A DNA stretch of 64,000 nucleotides from an uncultured Planctomycetaceae bacterium (GTDB lineage: Bacteria > Planctomycetota > Phycisphaerae > SM23-33). Location of the stretch: positions 629-64,628 of the forward strand of contig CAYRVX010000021.1 in the NCBI GenBank assembly GCA_964427875.1. Direction: 5' to 3'. Below the pieces are notes generated by a model. It saw nothing but the letters and a program-made list of their open reading frames with translations, ran no database searches and had not been told where the DNA came from. Made by a program: the position numbers and the translations under genes. Of the stretch, positions 37,983 through 49,183 are shown in pieces (position 1 is the stretch's first letter; each line of letters opens with the position of its first letter).

Positions 37983-38879
37983 ATGGCGATGCCCGTCGGA
38001 AAGCCCGAGCTCGACAACCTCCAGCGCCTGCTGGCCCTTGCCAAGGCCGAAGACCTGGGCGGCGGCGACGTGACGAGCCAGTTGCTGCCGGCGGAGCTTC
38101 GGGCGGCCGGACGGTTCCTCGCGCGCGAAGAGCTGGTCTTCTGCGGAGGGCCCTTCCTGCACCTGATCGCCGAGGCGTATGACGCGGAGATCCGGACCGA
38201 CGTAGGGGTCCCCGACGGGTGGAAGGCCGCGGCGGGGGCCGTGCTGGCCACCTGGGAAGGCCCCGCCAGGGCCATGCTGTCAGCCGAGCGCGTGGCGCTT
38301 AACTTCCTCCAGCACCTCAGCGGGATCGCCACCGTGACGAGGCGATACGCCGAGGCCGTCGCGGGCACCGGCGCGGTCATCGTGGACACGCGGAAGACGA
38401 CGCCCGGCTGGCGGGACCTGGCCAAGTACGCCGTCCGCGCGGGCGGGGGGACAAATCACCGCAGAGGGCTCCATGACGCCGTCCTGGTCAAGGACAATCA
38501 CCTCGGCGTGCTGGCCGCTGCGGGGGCCGCCGATCCGATCGGCGAGATCGCCGGCCGATTCGACGAGGCCCGCAGGCGCCTCGGCCCCGGCGGCTTCATC
38601 GAGATCGAGGTGGACACGCTTGATCAGCTCGACAGGGCGCTGAAGCTGCCCGTGGACATGATTCTCCTGGACAACATGACGGTCGAGGAGCTCCGCGAGG
38701 CGGTGGCGAGACGTGACGCGGCGGGTCTGCGCGGCCGGATCGCCCTGGAGGCCTCGGGCGGCGTGACGCTGGCAAACGCCCGCGGGATCGCCGAGACGGG
38801 CGTCGAGCGGATCTCCGTCGGCGCGCTGACGCACTCCGTGCAGGTAGTGGACATCGCCCTGGATGTGGACCTCGGGTAG
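37983..38879 (+). CDS. nadC: Nicotinate-nucleotide pyrophosphorylase (carboxylating), QPRTase
   Basis: AEDLGGGDVTS, ERVALNFLQHLSGIAT, DTRKTTPG, NHRRGL, KDNH, EIEVD, LLDNM, EASGG, ISVGALTHS. Confidence 0.96.
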   Translation: MAMPVGKPELDNLQRLLALAKAEDLGGGDVTSQLLPAELRAAGRFLAREELVFCGGPFLHLIAEAYDAEIRTDVGVPDGWKAAAGAVLATWEGPARAMLSAERVALNFLQHLSGIATVTRRYAEAVAGTGAVIVDTRKTTPGWRDLAKYAVRAGGGTNHRRGLHDAVLVKDNHLGVLAAAGAADPIGEIAGRFDEARRRLGPGGFIEIEVDTLDQLDRALKLPVDMILLDNMTVEELREAVARRDAAGLRGRIALEASGGVTLANARGIAETGVERISVGALTHSVQVVDIALDVDLG

Positions 38880-38883
38880 GGCG

Positions 38884-39870
38884 ATGAGCACGATCGACCA
38901 AGTCCTGGCACTGCTGTACGACCGCGGGGAGGGGTTCATGGGTCTGGACGAGCTCGCCCGCGCCGCCGGGCAGGACCGCGCCGCCGTGGATGACGTGCTG
39001 GCCCAGTTGCGGCAGCGCGGGCAGCGGCTGGAGTTCTCTCCCTCCAACGGCGTCCGGCTCCTCCGGCCGATCCGGCTGACGGGAGCCCTGATCGAGCGCA
39101 AGTTGCCGGTTCGGCGCGTCGGCCGCAGCGTGATCTGCTTCGACGAGGTGGACTCGACCAACGACGTGGCCCTGAAGGCGATTCGCCAGGACGATGCGGA
39201 CGGGCTGGTCGTGCTCGCCGAGTCGCAGCGCCGCGGGCGGGGGCGACAGGGGCGGCAGTGGGTCAGCCCGGCGGGGCGGAACCTCCTTCTCAGCGCGCTG
39301 CTGGTGGAGCCGGCGGCGCGCGGGGCATTGCGGCACGACGCGCTGACGATCGCCGCCGGCCTGGCGGTGGCGGAGGCCGTCGAGGACTCCACGCGCCTGG
39401 TCTGCGACCTGAAATGGCCGAACGACGTGCTGCTGGCCGGTGCGAAAGTGGCGGGCGTTCTGGTAGAGACGCGTCGGGAGGCCGCGGCGCTCGGCGTCGT
39501 CGTGGGCGTCGGCCTCAACGTCAACGCCGCGCCGCCCCCGGAGGCGGTCGATCGGCCCGCGACCTGCCTGGCCGACCACCTCGCGCACCCGGTCGAGCGG
39601 ACCGAGATCGCACGGTCGCTGCTCGTGCGGCTGGACAGGTGGGTCGAGCGGATCGAGAACGGGCAAGTGGAGAAGCTGCACGACGGCTTCCTCGCCCGGT
39701 GCCGGATGATCAACGAGCGGATCACTGTCCTTTGCCAGGGGCGGCACCACACCGGGCGGGTGCTGGACGTCGATCCCCTGGCGGGACTGATCCTCGCCCG
39801 GGACGACGGCGGGACCAGCCGCCTGGCCGCCGTCAGCACTACCGTGGTAGACCACCCGCTGGAGTCATGA
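38884..39870 (+). CDS. birA: Biotin--[acetyl-CoA-carboxylase] ligase with N-terminal HTH
   Basis: EVDSTND, AESQRRGRGRQGRQWVSP, LKWPNDV, KVAGVLVE, GVGLNVN. Confidence 0.93.
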   Translation: MSTIDQVLALLYDRGEGFMGLDELARAAGQDRAAVDDVLAQLRQRGQRLEFSPSNGVRLLRPIRLTGALIERKLPVRRVGRSVICFDEVDSTNDVALKAIRQDDADGLVVLAESQRRGRGRQGRQWVSPAGRNLLLSALLVEPAARGALRHDALTIAAGLAVAEAVEDSTRLVCDLKWPNDVLLAGAKVAGVLVETRREAAALGVVVGVGLNVNAAPPPEAVDRPATCLADHLAHPVERTEIARSLLVRLDRWVERIENGQVEKLHDGFLARCRMINERITVLCQGRHHTGRVLDVDPLAGLILARDDGGTSRLAAVSTTVVDHPLES

Positions 39871-42005
39871 GACCGATACTGGCCGACAGGCTGTTCGTGA
39901 TCTGGATCGCCGCGGCGCTGACGCTGTGGTGCGGGATGCTCGTGATCCTCTGGGGAGAGAGCTTCGATCCGTCGGGGACCAGCGCGTTGGCGACGTTGGC
40001 GGCGCTGATGCTGGCGATCGGGGCGGCGTCGGGCATGCCCGCTCGGGCCGCGGGGGCGCTTCAGCGGCTCCTGACGGCGCTGAGGCTCCAGGACAGCCTG
40101 GCGATGGAGCTGGCCCGGGCGGAGAGCGTCCCTGCCGGGCGGCGCGGCGTGAGGGCCATGATGCGCCTCCTCGCGGCGGGGGCGGTCTTTGCCGCCATCG
40201 GCGGGCTGGTCAGCACGGCGATGGTGTATCTGGTCTCGACGCCCGCCGAGCCGCACGCGCAGGGGCCCTTCCTCTGGGGCCCGAGCGCCTGGGCCGCGAT
40301 CAAGCTGCTGATTCAGTTCCTCGCCATGCTTCCGATGGCGTTGGGCATCAGTGTGACGTTCCTGGTGACGGCGTTGATCCGCGGCGGGTCGGGCCGGGAC
40401 GTCTACGCGTCGGTCTTCCGCGAGTGGCTTGTCGGCGTCGCCGCGGGCCTGGCGGCGGCGGCCGCGACGTGGCGGATCGCAGCCGACATCCTCGGCGTGG
40501 CACTCGTGGCCTGCGTGGCGCTCGGGGCCGCGGCGGCGGTCCTCCTTCTGCGGGCGAAGCTGGCCATCCGTCCGCGGCGCTCGATGCGCCCGGTCGAATC
40601 GGCCCCGCGGCGCGGCGGGCAGGTCGCCATCGCGACGGGGGCCGGGGCCCTGAGCCTGGCGCTGCTCGTACAGATGCGCCTCCTGAGGGACGTCGCCCGT
40701 GTCGGCCTGTCCGGCCGGGTGTTCTGGGCGGGCGCGTCGCTGGGGCTGCTGGTGTGGTTCCTGCGGAGGGCCGATCGCAGGTCCCGGCCGCCGGGCGCCA
40801 CACAGGCGCTGGCGGCGACGATCGGTTTGCTCGGCGGGCTCCTGCTTCAGCTCAGCCTGGCCGTTCGGTGCCTGGTGGGCGGCGCGGCGGCGGTCGGGTG
40901 CGGCGTGATGGCGGCGGGAGCCCAGGTGCCGTTGGCGGCCCTGGGGGCGATCATCGTTTCCCGTCAGCGGCGGCTGTTTGCCGTCGGCGGCGGGAGGGCG
41001 AGGAAATACCTCGGGAGCGTCTGCGCCGGCGTGGGCGCCGGGCTGCTTGCATACCTCGCGGCGGGGGCGACGTCGCTCGCCCCGGCGACCGGACTGGCCG
41101 TCTGCCTCGTGGGGATGGTCGCGGTGGTGGTGAAGGGCGCATCGACGGCGCGGCGGCCCGCCAGACGGCTCCGTTGGACGGTGCCGGGAGTGGTGCTGGT
41201 TTGCGCGGCCGGGGCGGCACCCCTGGCGGCGGTGCACGGCCTGCCGCCCATGAGAGCCGGCGTATGGCTGACGACGGCATCGGCGGTTCGCGGCCGGGGG
41301 CACGAGGTCCTGCCGCTGGATGGTGGCATCGGGCCGGCGCGGAGGCGGTCCGAGGCCGTGACGGCCGCCGTGGCGGCGGTCCTGGAGGCCCACCCCGGCC
41401 GGTGGTGGATGGTCTTAGCGGCGGCGGCGGACGTGCCGGCGGCCTTGCCGGCGACGGTGAGTCCCTGGCGGTCGCACCCGGACCCGACGGCGTCGCCCGG
41501 CGTGGACCTGCTCGGCCGGGGCCAACGGGCATGGGGCGATTTCCTCTACGAAGTGGCGAAGGACCCTCGCCGCTTCGACGGGGCGATCCTGGCGCCGATG
41601 CCGGCCGACCATCCGGACGCGTGGCAGTGTTACGCCCCGGCCGTGCTTCGCCGATGCAGACGGAAGCTCCACGAGCCGGCCGTCATGGTCCTTCGAACCC
41701 AGGCGGGCCCGAGGGCGATCGACGACGGACTGGCGGTCGCGCGGGCGTTCGAGGACGTACTTGAGGGCGGCTGGGCCGTCGTGGCGCTGATCGAAGGGCA
41801 TCTGGACGTGCTGTTGATCGGCGCCGCGGGCGCCGTCCCGCGGCCGGAGGCACGCCCAGGGGTGTTTGTCGTCCCACTCGGACGGCTTTGCCCGGAGGGT
41901 ACGCCGCGGGGGTGGCTGGGCGGCCGCGGACCGCTGCTGCGCGGAACGACCGGCCCGCAGGAGCTGCGCCGGCACCTGGAGCGCGTGCGTCTTTCCGCTG
42001 AATGA
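39867..42005 (+). CDS. Polytopic membrane protein with a degenerate spermidine-synthase-like C-terminal domain
   Basis: ATGA overlap with birA; many Ala/Leu/Gly TM segments; C-terminal GDFLYEVAKDPRRFDGAILAP...YAPAVLRRCRRKLHEPAVMV resembles the SpeE-like motif order. Confidence 0.55.
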   Translation: MRPILADRLFVIWIAAALTLWCGMLVILWGESFDPSGTSALATLAALMLAIGAASGMPARAAGALQRLLTALRLQDSLAMELARAESVPAGRRGVRAMMRLLAAGAVFAAIGGLVSTAMVYLVSTPAEPHAQGPFLWGPSAWAAIKLLIQFLAMLPMALGISVTFLVTALIRGGSGRDVYASVFREWLVGVAAGLAAAAATWRIAADILGVALVACVALGAAAAVLLLRAKLAIRPRRSMRPVESAPRRGGQVAIATGAGALSLALLVQMRLLRDVARVGLSGRVFWAGASLGLLVWFLRRADRRSRPPGATQALAATIGLLGGLLLQLSLAVRCLVGGAAAVGCGVMAAGAQVPLAALGAIIVSRQRRLFAVGGGRARKYLGSVCAGVGAGLLAYLAAGATSLAPATGLAVCLVGMVAVVVKGASTARRPARRLRWTVPGVVLVCAAGAAPLAAVHGLPPMRAGVWLTTASAVRGRGHEVLPLDGGIGPARRRSEAVTAAVAAVLEAHPGRWWMVLAAAADVPAALPATVSPWRSHPDPTASPGVDLLGRGQRAWGDFLYEVAKDPRRFDGAILAPMPADHPDAWQCYAPAVLRRCRRKLHEPAVMVLRTQAGPRAIDDGLAVARAFEDVLEGGWAVVALIEGHLDVLLIGAAGAVPRPEARPGVFVVPLGRLCPEGTPRGWLGGRGPLLRGTTGPQELRRHLERVRLSAE

Positions 42006-42132
42006 GGGAGATTCGACATTTGTGGGGAACCCTGCTGTCGGCGGAGCGACTAAACGGCTTAATGTGTGTCTGCGCGCGGCGGACAGTGCCGTGACGGACG
42101 GAAAAGTATTCGGCCAGGACGAGTAACCGGCG

Positions 42133-42138
42133 TATAAT
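42133..42138 (+). promoter_or_regulatory. -10 element upstream of the MoxR/vWA cluster
   Basis: Perfect TATAAT in a relatively AT-rich gap about 84 bp before ATG 42222; the -35 is weak. Confidence 0.4.
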
Positions 42139-42221
42139 CGAACCTGCGTGGGTTGGAACGGTAGAACTTACGATTGCGTTTCGCGGGACCGGCCGGTCGG
42201 CCCAGGCTGGCGGAATGCGCG

Positions 42222-45200
42222 ATGAGAATGACAACGGGACGTCCCAGACGGGCAAGGTGGGGGCGCACGGGCCTGGTGTGCCGGCTTGCCGGCGCGTTGG
42301 CCGGCCTGCTCTGCGCGGCCGCACCGGCTGCGGGCCAGGCGGGGGCGCGCGTGAACGCGGCGGCCATCCTCCCGATCCTGCGGCCGGACGGGGAAGGGGC
42401 ACCCGGTACCGGCACCACCCCGCCGCCTCTGATGCACGTGGACGAGGAGCTGGGCGGCTACCTTGTCCAGGCCGAGCGGCTGATCCAGAAGGGCGAGTGC
42501 GACCAGGCGATTCAGATCCTCCAGGCCCTGATCCAACGAGAGGAGAGCGGCTTCTATGCCGAGGGCGACAACCGCTTCGTGTCGATGCGGCTGAAGGCCA
42601 ACGAGCTGCTCGGGCGGATGGGCGCGAAGGGCCTGAAGCTCTACCGCGCGCTGTACGATCCGCAGGCGCATCAGCTCTACACGGAGGCCCTGGCCTCCGT
42701 GCGCCCCGGGGCGCTGCTTCGGAAACTTTCGGAGCGATACCTGCACACGTCGTACGGGCCGAGGTCCCTGGAGACGCTGGGGGCGCTGTATTTCGACCGC
42801 GCGCGGTTCTCGCAGGCGGCCACGTGCTGGCGTCAACTGCTCGCGGCGACCACGGCGAGCGCCCACAAGGCGACGCTGCTGGCGAAGATCGCGGCGGCAC
42901 ACCACTTGGCCGGCGAGCAGGTCGCCGCCGATCGCGCGGCGGACGAGCTGCGACGGAAGTACCCCGATGCCTCTGCCGTGCTCGGTGGACGCAGCCAGAA
43001 GCTGGCCGACTTCCTCGCGCGGATCCGGCAGTTGCCGCCGGCGCGTGCCGCCCGGGGGCCGCAGCGCCCGTCCTCCGGCTGGCCCGGGTTGGGCGGCACG
43101 CCGGACGGCATCGCGACGATGAGCGACTGCGACGTGGTGCTCACCCCGCAATGGCGACTGGCGAGCGACGGGGTCGCGGCGGGCGAGAACCTGCTGTCGA
43201 AGCTTCTGGCCGGGGGGTCGATGTACCTGAGCAACGTATACTACAGCCGGTCGTCCAGCGGGCGCAGCATCCGGTACGCCGTGGGGCTCAGCAACGGGCA
43301 CGTGTGTCTTCGCAGCACGGCTTCCGGGAGCGCCCGCGGCCAGGTCGTGCTGCCGGCGATCGTCCACCCGGTGGTGGCGGGCGATCGGGTGATCGTTCGG
43401 CTGGAGGACAAGATCGCAGCCCACGACCTGCTTACCGGGGAATTCAGATGGGACAGCTTCGTCTCCCTGCCGATGGTGCGAAAGATCACCGTCTCCGGCA
43501 GCGTGAGCATGCATTACCCCGGCGCATACCAGTACATCGGCGACGGCGGCCACTACACGCTCACGGTCGGCGGCGGCATGGTCTACACGGTGTGCGATTT
43601 CCTTCCGGTCAGCAGCAGCCTCGCGTACCTGCGGCGGCGAAATCAGAACGTGACGGGCCTGGACAACGGGTCTGTCCTGGCGGCCCTCTCCGTGGCGAAC
43701 GAAGGGCGGCTGGAGTGGCGCATCGGCCGCGGGCGAGGGAGCCACGAGGTCGTCCGCAACGGCAGGTTCCTTTCGGCCCCGACGTACCGCGCCGGGCGGC
43801 TGTACGTGCTGGTCCTCTACCTGGAGCGGTATCACCTGCTGTGCCTTGACGCCGCTAACGGGGCGCTGATATGGCACGTGCCCATCGCGCAGGCCCCGGC
43901 GTTGATGCGGCGATACGGGTATTCCTTCGGCACCGATCCTCGCCTGGCCATGGGTTCGGCGCCGGCCGTCAGCGACGGCCGAATCTACGTGACGACCAAT
44001 TCCGGCGTCATCGCCGCCTTCGAGGAGGAGACAGGCGAGCCGCTGTGGGGGTACCAATACGCCAGCAGAATCAACAACGCCGCGGGCATGATCGTGCGGC
44101 CGCGTTACGGGGCCTACCAGGCGGCGGCACACCCTCCCGCCAACCCGATGATCGTGACCGGGCCGCGCGTGATCTGCCTGCCTGCTGACAGCGAGTATCT
44201 CCTCGCGCTGGATACCGCCACCGGCGCGGTTCGGTGGTCGAAGAGCCGGCGGAACCAGCTCGATCTCAGCGCCATCGACCGCGATCGCGTCCTCCTGAGC
44301 GGCGGGGGGCTGTTCGTCCTGCGAACCCTCGACGGCGCGGATCTCAACAGCGGGGAGGAGAACCTCGGCATTCACGGTCGTCCGGCTGTCTCCAACCGCC
44401 GTGTGTTTGCCAGCGCCGAGGGGAAGATCGAGGTGATGGACCTGAAGACGTACGGCCGAAGCGCGATGCCGCTGGCCGCGGCGGACGGCTTCCTGGGCAA
44501 CCTCGTCTGTGCTGACGGCAAGCTGATTGCGGCCAGCATGTTGGGCGTCTGTGCCTACTTCGGTTACGACGTCGCCCGGATGGAGCTGACCCGGCGGGTG
44601 GACCGGGCCGCCCCGGCGGACCGGCCGGGCCTGCTGAGACAGCGCGCCCAGTTGGCCTTTGACGCGAAACGGTTCGACTCGGCCCTGGCCGACCTGAAGG
44701 CCTGCCTTGCCGCCGCCAAGGCCCGGAACGACACGGATACGGCCAATCAGCTCCTCCAGCCCTTCTACCGCACCTACGTGGCGCTGGGCAATTGTGCCCG
44801 CAGCGACGAGACGATGCACCGGATGTTCCTCGAGGCCCTCTCCCATGCCGCAACGGACCAGGACAAGGCCCACATGAAGTTCCGCCTGGCCAAGTACCAC
44901 GAGAAAGTGGGCCGCTACGCCGAGGCCGCGGAACTGGCCCAGGAGATCGCCGAGAAATACGCCAAGGAGGATCTCGCCGAGGTCGAGATCGGCCCGGCCG
45001 CCGACATGTCCGTGCGAATCGATCCTAGGCAGCGGACCCTCCCGGCAGACAGGCTTGCGGGGGACTACATCCGGGGCCTGTTGCAGCAGCACGGGCGAGC
45101 GTGCTATGCGAAGTTCGACGCGCTGGCCAAGAAGGCCCTGGACGCGGCCCTGGACGCGGGCGACCCCGCGGCCATGCTCGCGGTGGCCGAGCGCTGGCCG

Positions 45201-46886
45201 AACAGCGAGTCTCGCGACGATGCGCTGTTCCGGGCCTCCGAGACCTATTATCTGATGGCCGCCGGCGACCCGACGAAGGCCGACGAGTGCCTGGCGGAGG
45301 CTCGAAGACATCTCTACCGGGTGGCCCGGATGGACGACAGCCCGCTGCGCTTTTCCGCCAGCGTGGCCCTGGCGACGATTTACGCGCGCGGCGGATGGGT
45401 CACCTCGGCCCGGAAGGAGTGCGAGGGCCTGCGCGAGCTGCCCGGCGATACGCAGGTCGCCTTTGCCGACGTCCGCGGGAGGCTCCGCGACGTGCTGAAG
45501 CTGATTGAGGGCGGCAAGCTGGCCAAGGGGCCCCGGCGCATGAGGCTCATCGCCAGGATCTCCCCGCCCCTGGCCGAGCTGTTCAGCATAAAGGACCAGC
45601 ACGTCCGGGTCCTTCGGGACCAGGAATACCGGCCGATCCGTCTGGGCGGGAAGATCGCCGTCGTCAAGGGCGCCGATGCGTACCTGTTGGACACGACCTC
45701 CCGGGGGGCCGAAGAGGCCCTGTCCGCCTGGAAGGGCCTGGCCGACATCGACACCGACGAGGTGCACAAGTACTCGTACTACCCGCCGGGAATGCGCCTG
45801 ATCGGGGAGATGAGCAGAGACCGGAAGGTCCTGGCGGTCGCCGACCGCAAGACGATCCGCGGGCTGGACCTCGTTTCGGCAAAGGTCCTCTGGCAGCAGA
45901 AGATGGACCGGATCGGCATCCAGACGTTCTACAGCATGGGCGTCGGCTGCGGGGTGCTGGTCGTCGCCGACCGAAGCGGGACGGTCAGTTGCCTGGACAT
46001 CGCGCGAGGGAAGCTTCTCTGGCAGAACACCCTCGTGGGCGGCACGCGGTACCCGGTCGCCCCGCCGCGGATTGCCGGCCAGATGGTCGTCTTGCGCCAT
46101 AACGGCGGCAAGACCGTCACGTGCCTCAGCCTCACCCGGGACGGGCGCGTCGTCGGGAAGTGGCAGGCAAACCAGTGGGCCGAGTGCGAGCTGACCGAAG
46201 ACGGGCTGCTGTTGATGATGATCGATGGGGAGCTGACGGTTCGCGAGGCGGCCAAGATCGACAAGCCGCTCTGGCGGTGCAAGTACGATCTCACAAGGCA
46301 GCCGACGATGCTGGGCGTTTCGTCCGACATGATCGCCGTCTCGCCGGGCAACACGTCCGGCCCGGTGGAGGTCCTGTCCATTGCGGGCGGCCGAAAGGTC
46401 GCCACGCTTGACATCGCCACCGTGGCCGGCATGCCCGGCGTGCCGTTCGGCGCGCAATTCGACGGGCCGAACGTCTATGTCCTCTGCGGGGCCGGAGTGA
46501 GCGGACGCAGAAAGGGCGTCTACGGGCGACTCAGCAACAGCCGGGGGATCGGGCTGCAAAAGTTCAGCCTGCCCGACGGCAAGCGGCAGTGGAGCCGCAG
46601 CCTGGAAGACAACACGGGCATGTATTATCCGGGCGTCCTGCCGCTGGTGATCGGCAAGGACCACGTGGTCGTCACGGCGAGACATTACCAGGTGGGCATG
46701 CCCTACTTCGCCTACGTGGTGAACCTGCACACCGGCCGGATCGCCCAGAAGATCGACCTCCAGGGCAAGGGCGCCGGGCCGAAAGACGAAAACCGCCGCC
46801 GCCAGGGCATCGGCCAGCCGGTCATGACCAACGGGCGGCTGTGTGTGGAGACTTCCGAAGGGGTTTCGGTCTATGGTGAACGATAA
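42222..46886 (+). CDS. Large exported TPR + PQQ-type beta-propeller protein
   Basis: Signal/TM segment; TPR-like helices; propeller blades (CLDAANGALIWH, ALDTATGAVRWS, CLDIARGKLLWQ); second TPR block and second propeller. Confidence 0.8.
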   Translation: MRMTTGRPRRARWGRTGLVCRLAGALAGLLCAAAPAAGQAGARVNAAAILPILRPDGEGAPGTGTTPPPLMHVDEELGGYLVQAERLIQKGECDQAIQILQALIQREESGFYAEGDNRFVSMRLKANELLGRMGAKGLKLYRALYDPQAHQLYTEALASVRPGALLRKLSERYLHTSYGPRSLETLGALYFDRARFSQAATCWRQLLAATTASAHKATLLAKIAAAHHLAGEQVAADRAADELRRKYPDASAVLGGRSQKLADFLARIRQLPPARAARGPQRPSSGWPGLGGTPDGIATMSDCDVVLTPQWRLASDGVAAGENLLSKLLAGGSMYLSNVYYSRSSSGRSIRYAVGLSNGHVCLRSTASGSARGQVVLPAIVHPVVAGDRVIVRLEDKIAAHDLLTGEFRWDSFVSLPMVRKITVSGSVSMHYPGAYQYIGDGGHYTLTVGGGMVYTVCDFLPVSSSLAYLRRRNQNVTGLDNGSVLAALSVANEGRLEWRIGRGRGSHEVVRNGRFLSAPTYRAGRLYVLVLYLERYHLLCLDAANGALIWHVPIAQAPALMRRYGYSFGTDPRLAMGSAPAVSDGRIYVTTNSGVIAAFEEETGEPLWGYQYASRINNAAGMIVRPRYGAYQAAAHPPANPMIVTGPRVICLPADSEYLLALDTATGAVRWSKSRRNQLDLSAIDRDRVLLSGGGLFVLRTLDGADLNSGEENLGIHGRPAVSNRRVFASAEGKIEVMDLKTYGRSAMPLAAADGFLGNLVCADGKLIAASMLGVCAYFGYDVARMELTRRVDRAAPADRPGLLRQRAQLAFDAKRFDSALADLKACLAAAKARNDTDTANQLLQPFYRTYVALGNCARSDETMHRMFLEALSHAATDQDKAHMKFRLAKYHEKVGRYAEAAELAQEIAEKYAKEDLAEVEIGPAADMSVRIDPRQRTLPADRLAGDYIRGLLQQHGRACYAKFDALAKKALDAALDAGDPAAMLAVAERWPNSESRDDALFRASETYYLMAAGDPTKADECLAEARRHLYRVARMDDSPLRFSASVALATIYARGGWVTSARKECEGLRELPGDTQVAFADVRGRLRDVLKLIEGGKLAKGPRRMRLIARISPPLAELFSIKDQHVRVLRDQEYRPIRLGGKIAVVKGADAYLLDTTSRGAEEALSAWKGLADIDTDEVHKYSYYPPGMRLIGEMSRDRKVLAVADRKTIRGLDLVSAKVLWQQKMDRIGIQTFYSMGVGCGVLVVADRSGTVSCLDIARGKLLWQNTLVGGTRYPVAPPRIAGQMVVLRHNGGKTVTCLSLTRDGRVVGKWQANQWAECELTEDGLLLMMIDGELTVREAAKIDKPLWRCKYDLTRQPTMLGVSSDMIAVSPGNTSGPVEVLSIAGGRKVATLDIATVAGMPGVPFGAQFDGPNVYVLCGAGVSGRRKGVYGRLSNSRGIGLQKFSLPDGKRQWSRSLEDNTGMYYPGVLPLVIGKDHVVVTARHYQVGMPYFAYVVNLHTGRIAQKIDLQGKGAGPKDENRRRQGIGQPVMTNGRLCVETSEGVSVYGER

Positions 46887-48066
46887 CGCGCGATGTCGTC
46901 GGGACGGCTGCGGCGCACGGCGGACAAGCAGGCCGAGGCGAGCGGCGCGCGGAAGGGTGCCTTGCGTGTTCCCGGCGCTGCCGGCCGCCTTCCTCGTCGT
47001 CCTCCATGCGTGCGGCCCCATCGCCCGCGCCGAGGCGCCCAGCTCGATCCTGCCGGACATGGTCACGCGAAAGACCGTCAAGGCCGTCGATCGCGGGCTG
47101 CACTACCTCGCCAACACCCAGCGTCCCAACGGGGGCTGGCTCAACAGCGGCGGCTACGGGACATACCCCTGCGCGATGACGGCGCTTGGAGGGCTGGCGA
47201 TGATGGCCGGCGGCTCGACGCCGGAAACCGGGCCATACTCGCGAAACGTCACGCGGGCCATGAGCTACCTGATCCGGGTCGCCAAGAGCCAGTCGGACGG
47301 CCTGATCGCCAGCTCGGGCAGCGAGAGCCGCAGCATGTACGGGCACGGCTTCTCCATGTTGTTCCTGGCCCAGTGCTACGGCACGGAGATCAACCGGGAG
47401 TACGAAAAGAACCTTCGGGAGGTGCTCACCAAGGCCGTCGCCCTGACGGCGACGGCCCAGTCCGACCTGGGCTCCCAGCTCAAACACGCCGGCGGCTGGA
47501 TCTATACCCCCAGCGGCAACGGGGACGAGGGCTCCGTGACGGTCACGCAGCTCCAGGCGCTGCGGGCCTGCCGGAACGTCGGGATCAAGGTCCCCCGCAG
47601 CACGATCGACCGGGCGGTGGCGTACCTGAAGTACTGCCAGATGGCCGACGGGGGCATCTGCTACTCGGCCCGGAGCCGCAGCTCCTCGCGCCCGGCCATC
47701 TCCGCCGCCGCGATCGCGTGCTTCTATGCCGCAGGCGTGTATGACCGCCAGACCGGCGGGAAAGGCTCGGAAGCCGAAATGGTCGAGAAGCTCGTCCGAT
47801 ACGTCCAGGGGCGAGTGGGCGTCACCCGCGGAGGAGCCTGGGGCGGGCACTACTTCTACACGCACTTTTACCTGGCCCAGGCCTGGTACCAGCGCGGTGG
47901 AAAGGACTGGAAGACATACTATCCGCAGATTCGCGACCGAATGTTGCAGTCGCAGAGCCCCGACGGAAGCTGGAACGGAGACAGCGTCGGCACGACGTAC
48001 GGCACCGCCCTCGCCACGATCATCCTCCAGTTGCCCTACGGCTACCTGCCGATCTGCCAGAAGTAG
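46873..48066 (+). CDS. Prenyltransferase/squalene-oxidase-repeat (alpha/alpha)6 barrel protein, exported
   Basis: QW-like repeats GLHYLANTQRPNGGW, YLKYCQMADGG, MLQSQSPDGSW; MYGHGF; GGWIY; C-terminal YLPICQK. Confidence 0.85.
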   Translation: MVNDNARCRRDGCGARRTSRPRRAARGRVPCVFPALPAAFLVVLHACGPIARAEAPSSILPDMVTRKTVKAVDRGLHYLANTQRPNGGWLNSGGYGTYPCAMTALGGLAMMAGGSTPETGPYSRNVTRAMSYLIRVAKSQSDGLIASSGSESRSMYGHGFSMLFLAQCYGTEINREYEKNLREVLTKAVALTATAQSDLGSQLKHAGGWIYTPSGNGDEGSVTVTQLQALRACRNVGIKVPRSTIDRAVAYLKYCQMADGGICYSARSRSSSRPAISAAAIACFYAAGVYDRQTGGKGSEAEMVEKLVRYVQGRVGVTRGGAWGGHYFYTHFYLAQAWYQRGGKDWKTYYPQIRDRMLQSQSPDGSWNGDSVGTTYGTALATIILQLPYGYLPICQK

Positions 48067-48091
48067 CTGATAGCCGAAAGCTGATAGCTGA
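48064..48091 (+). repeat. Heptamer tandem array (WAGCYGA x4)
   Basis: TAGCTGA TAGCCGA AAGCTGA TAGCTGA, from the upstream stop codon to the moxR RBS (CAGGAG). Confidence 0.8.
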
Positions 48092-48103
48092 CAGGAGACC
48101 GAC

Positions 48104-49183
<1,080 letters not shown>

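Noticed and set aside
42168-47081. Very long antisense ORFs (this 1637-aa frame; also 23451-26846, 38280-41393, 31605-34445, 38-2095)
   Set aside because: Shadow frames of GC-rich genes: Arg/Pro/Gly/His-rich, no motifs, and overlapping well-supported genes on the other strand.
46873-48066. Squalene-hopene cyclase / terpene biosynthetic cluster
   Set aside because: No DxDD motif, single barrel, exported, and no hpn genes nearby.
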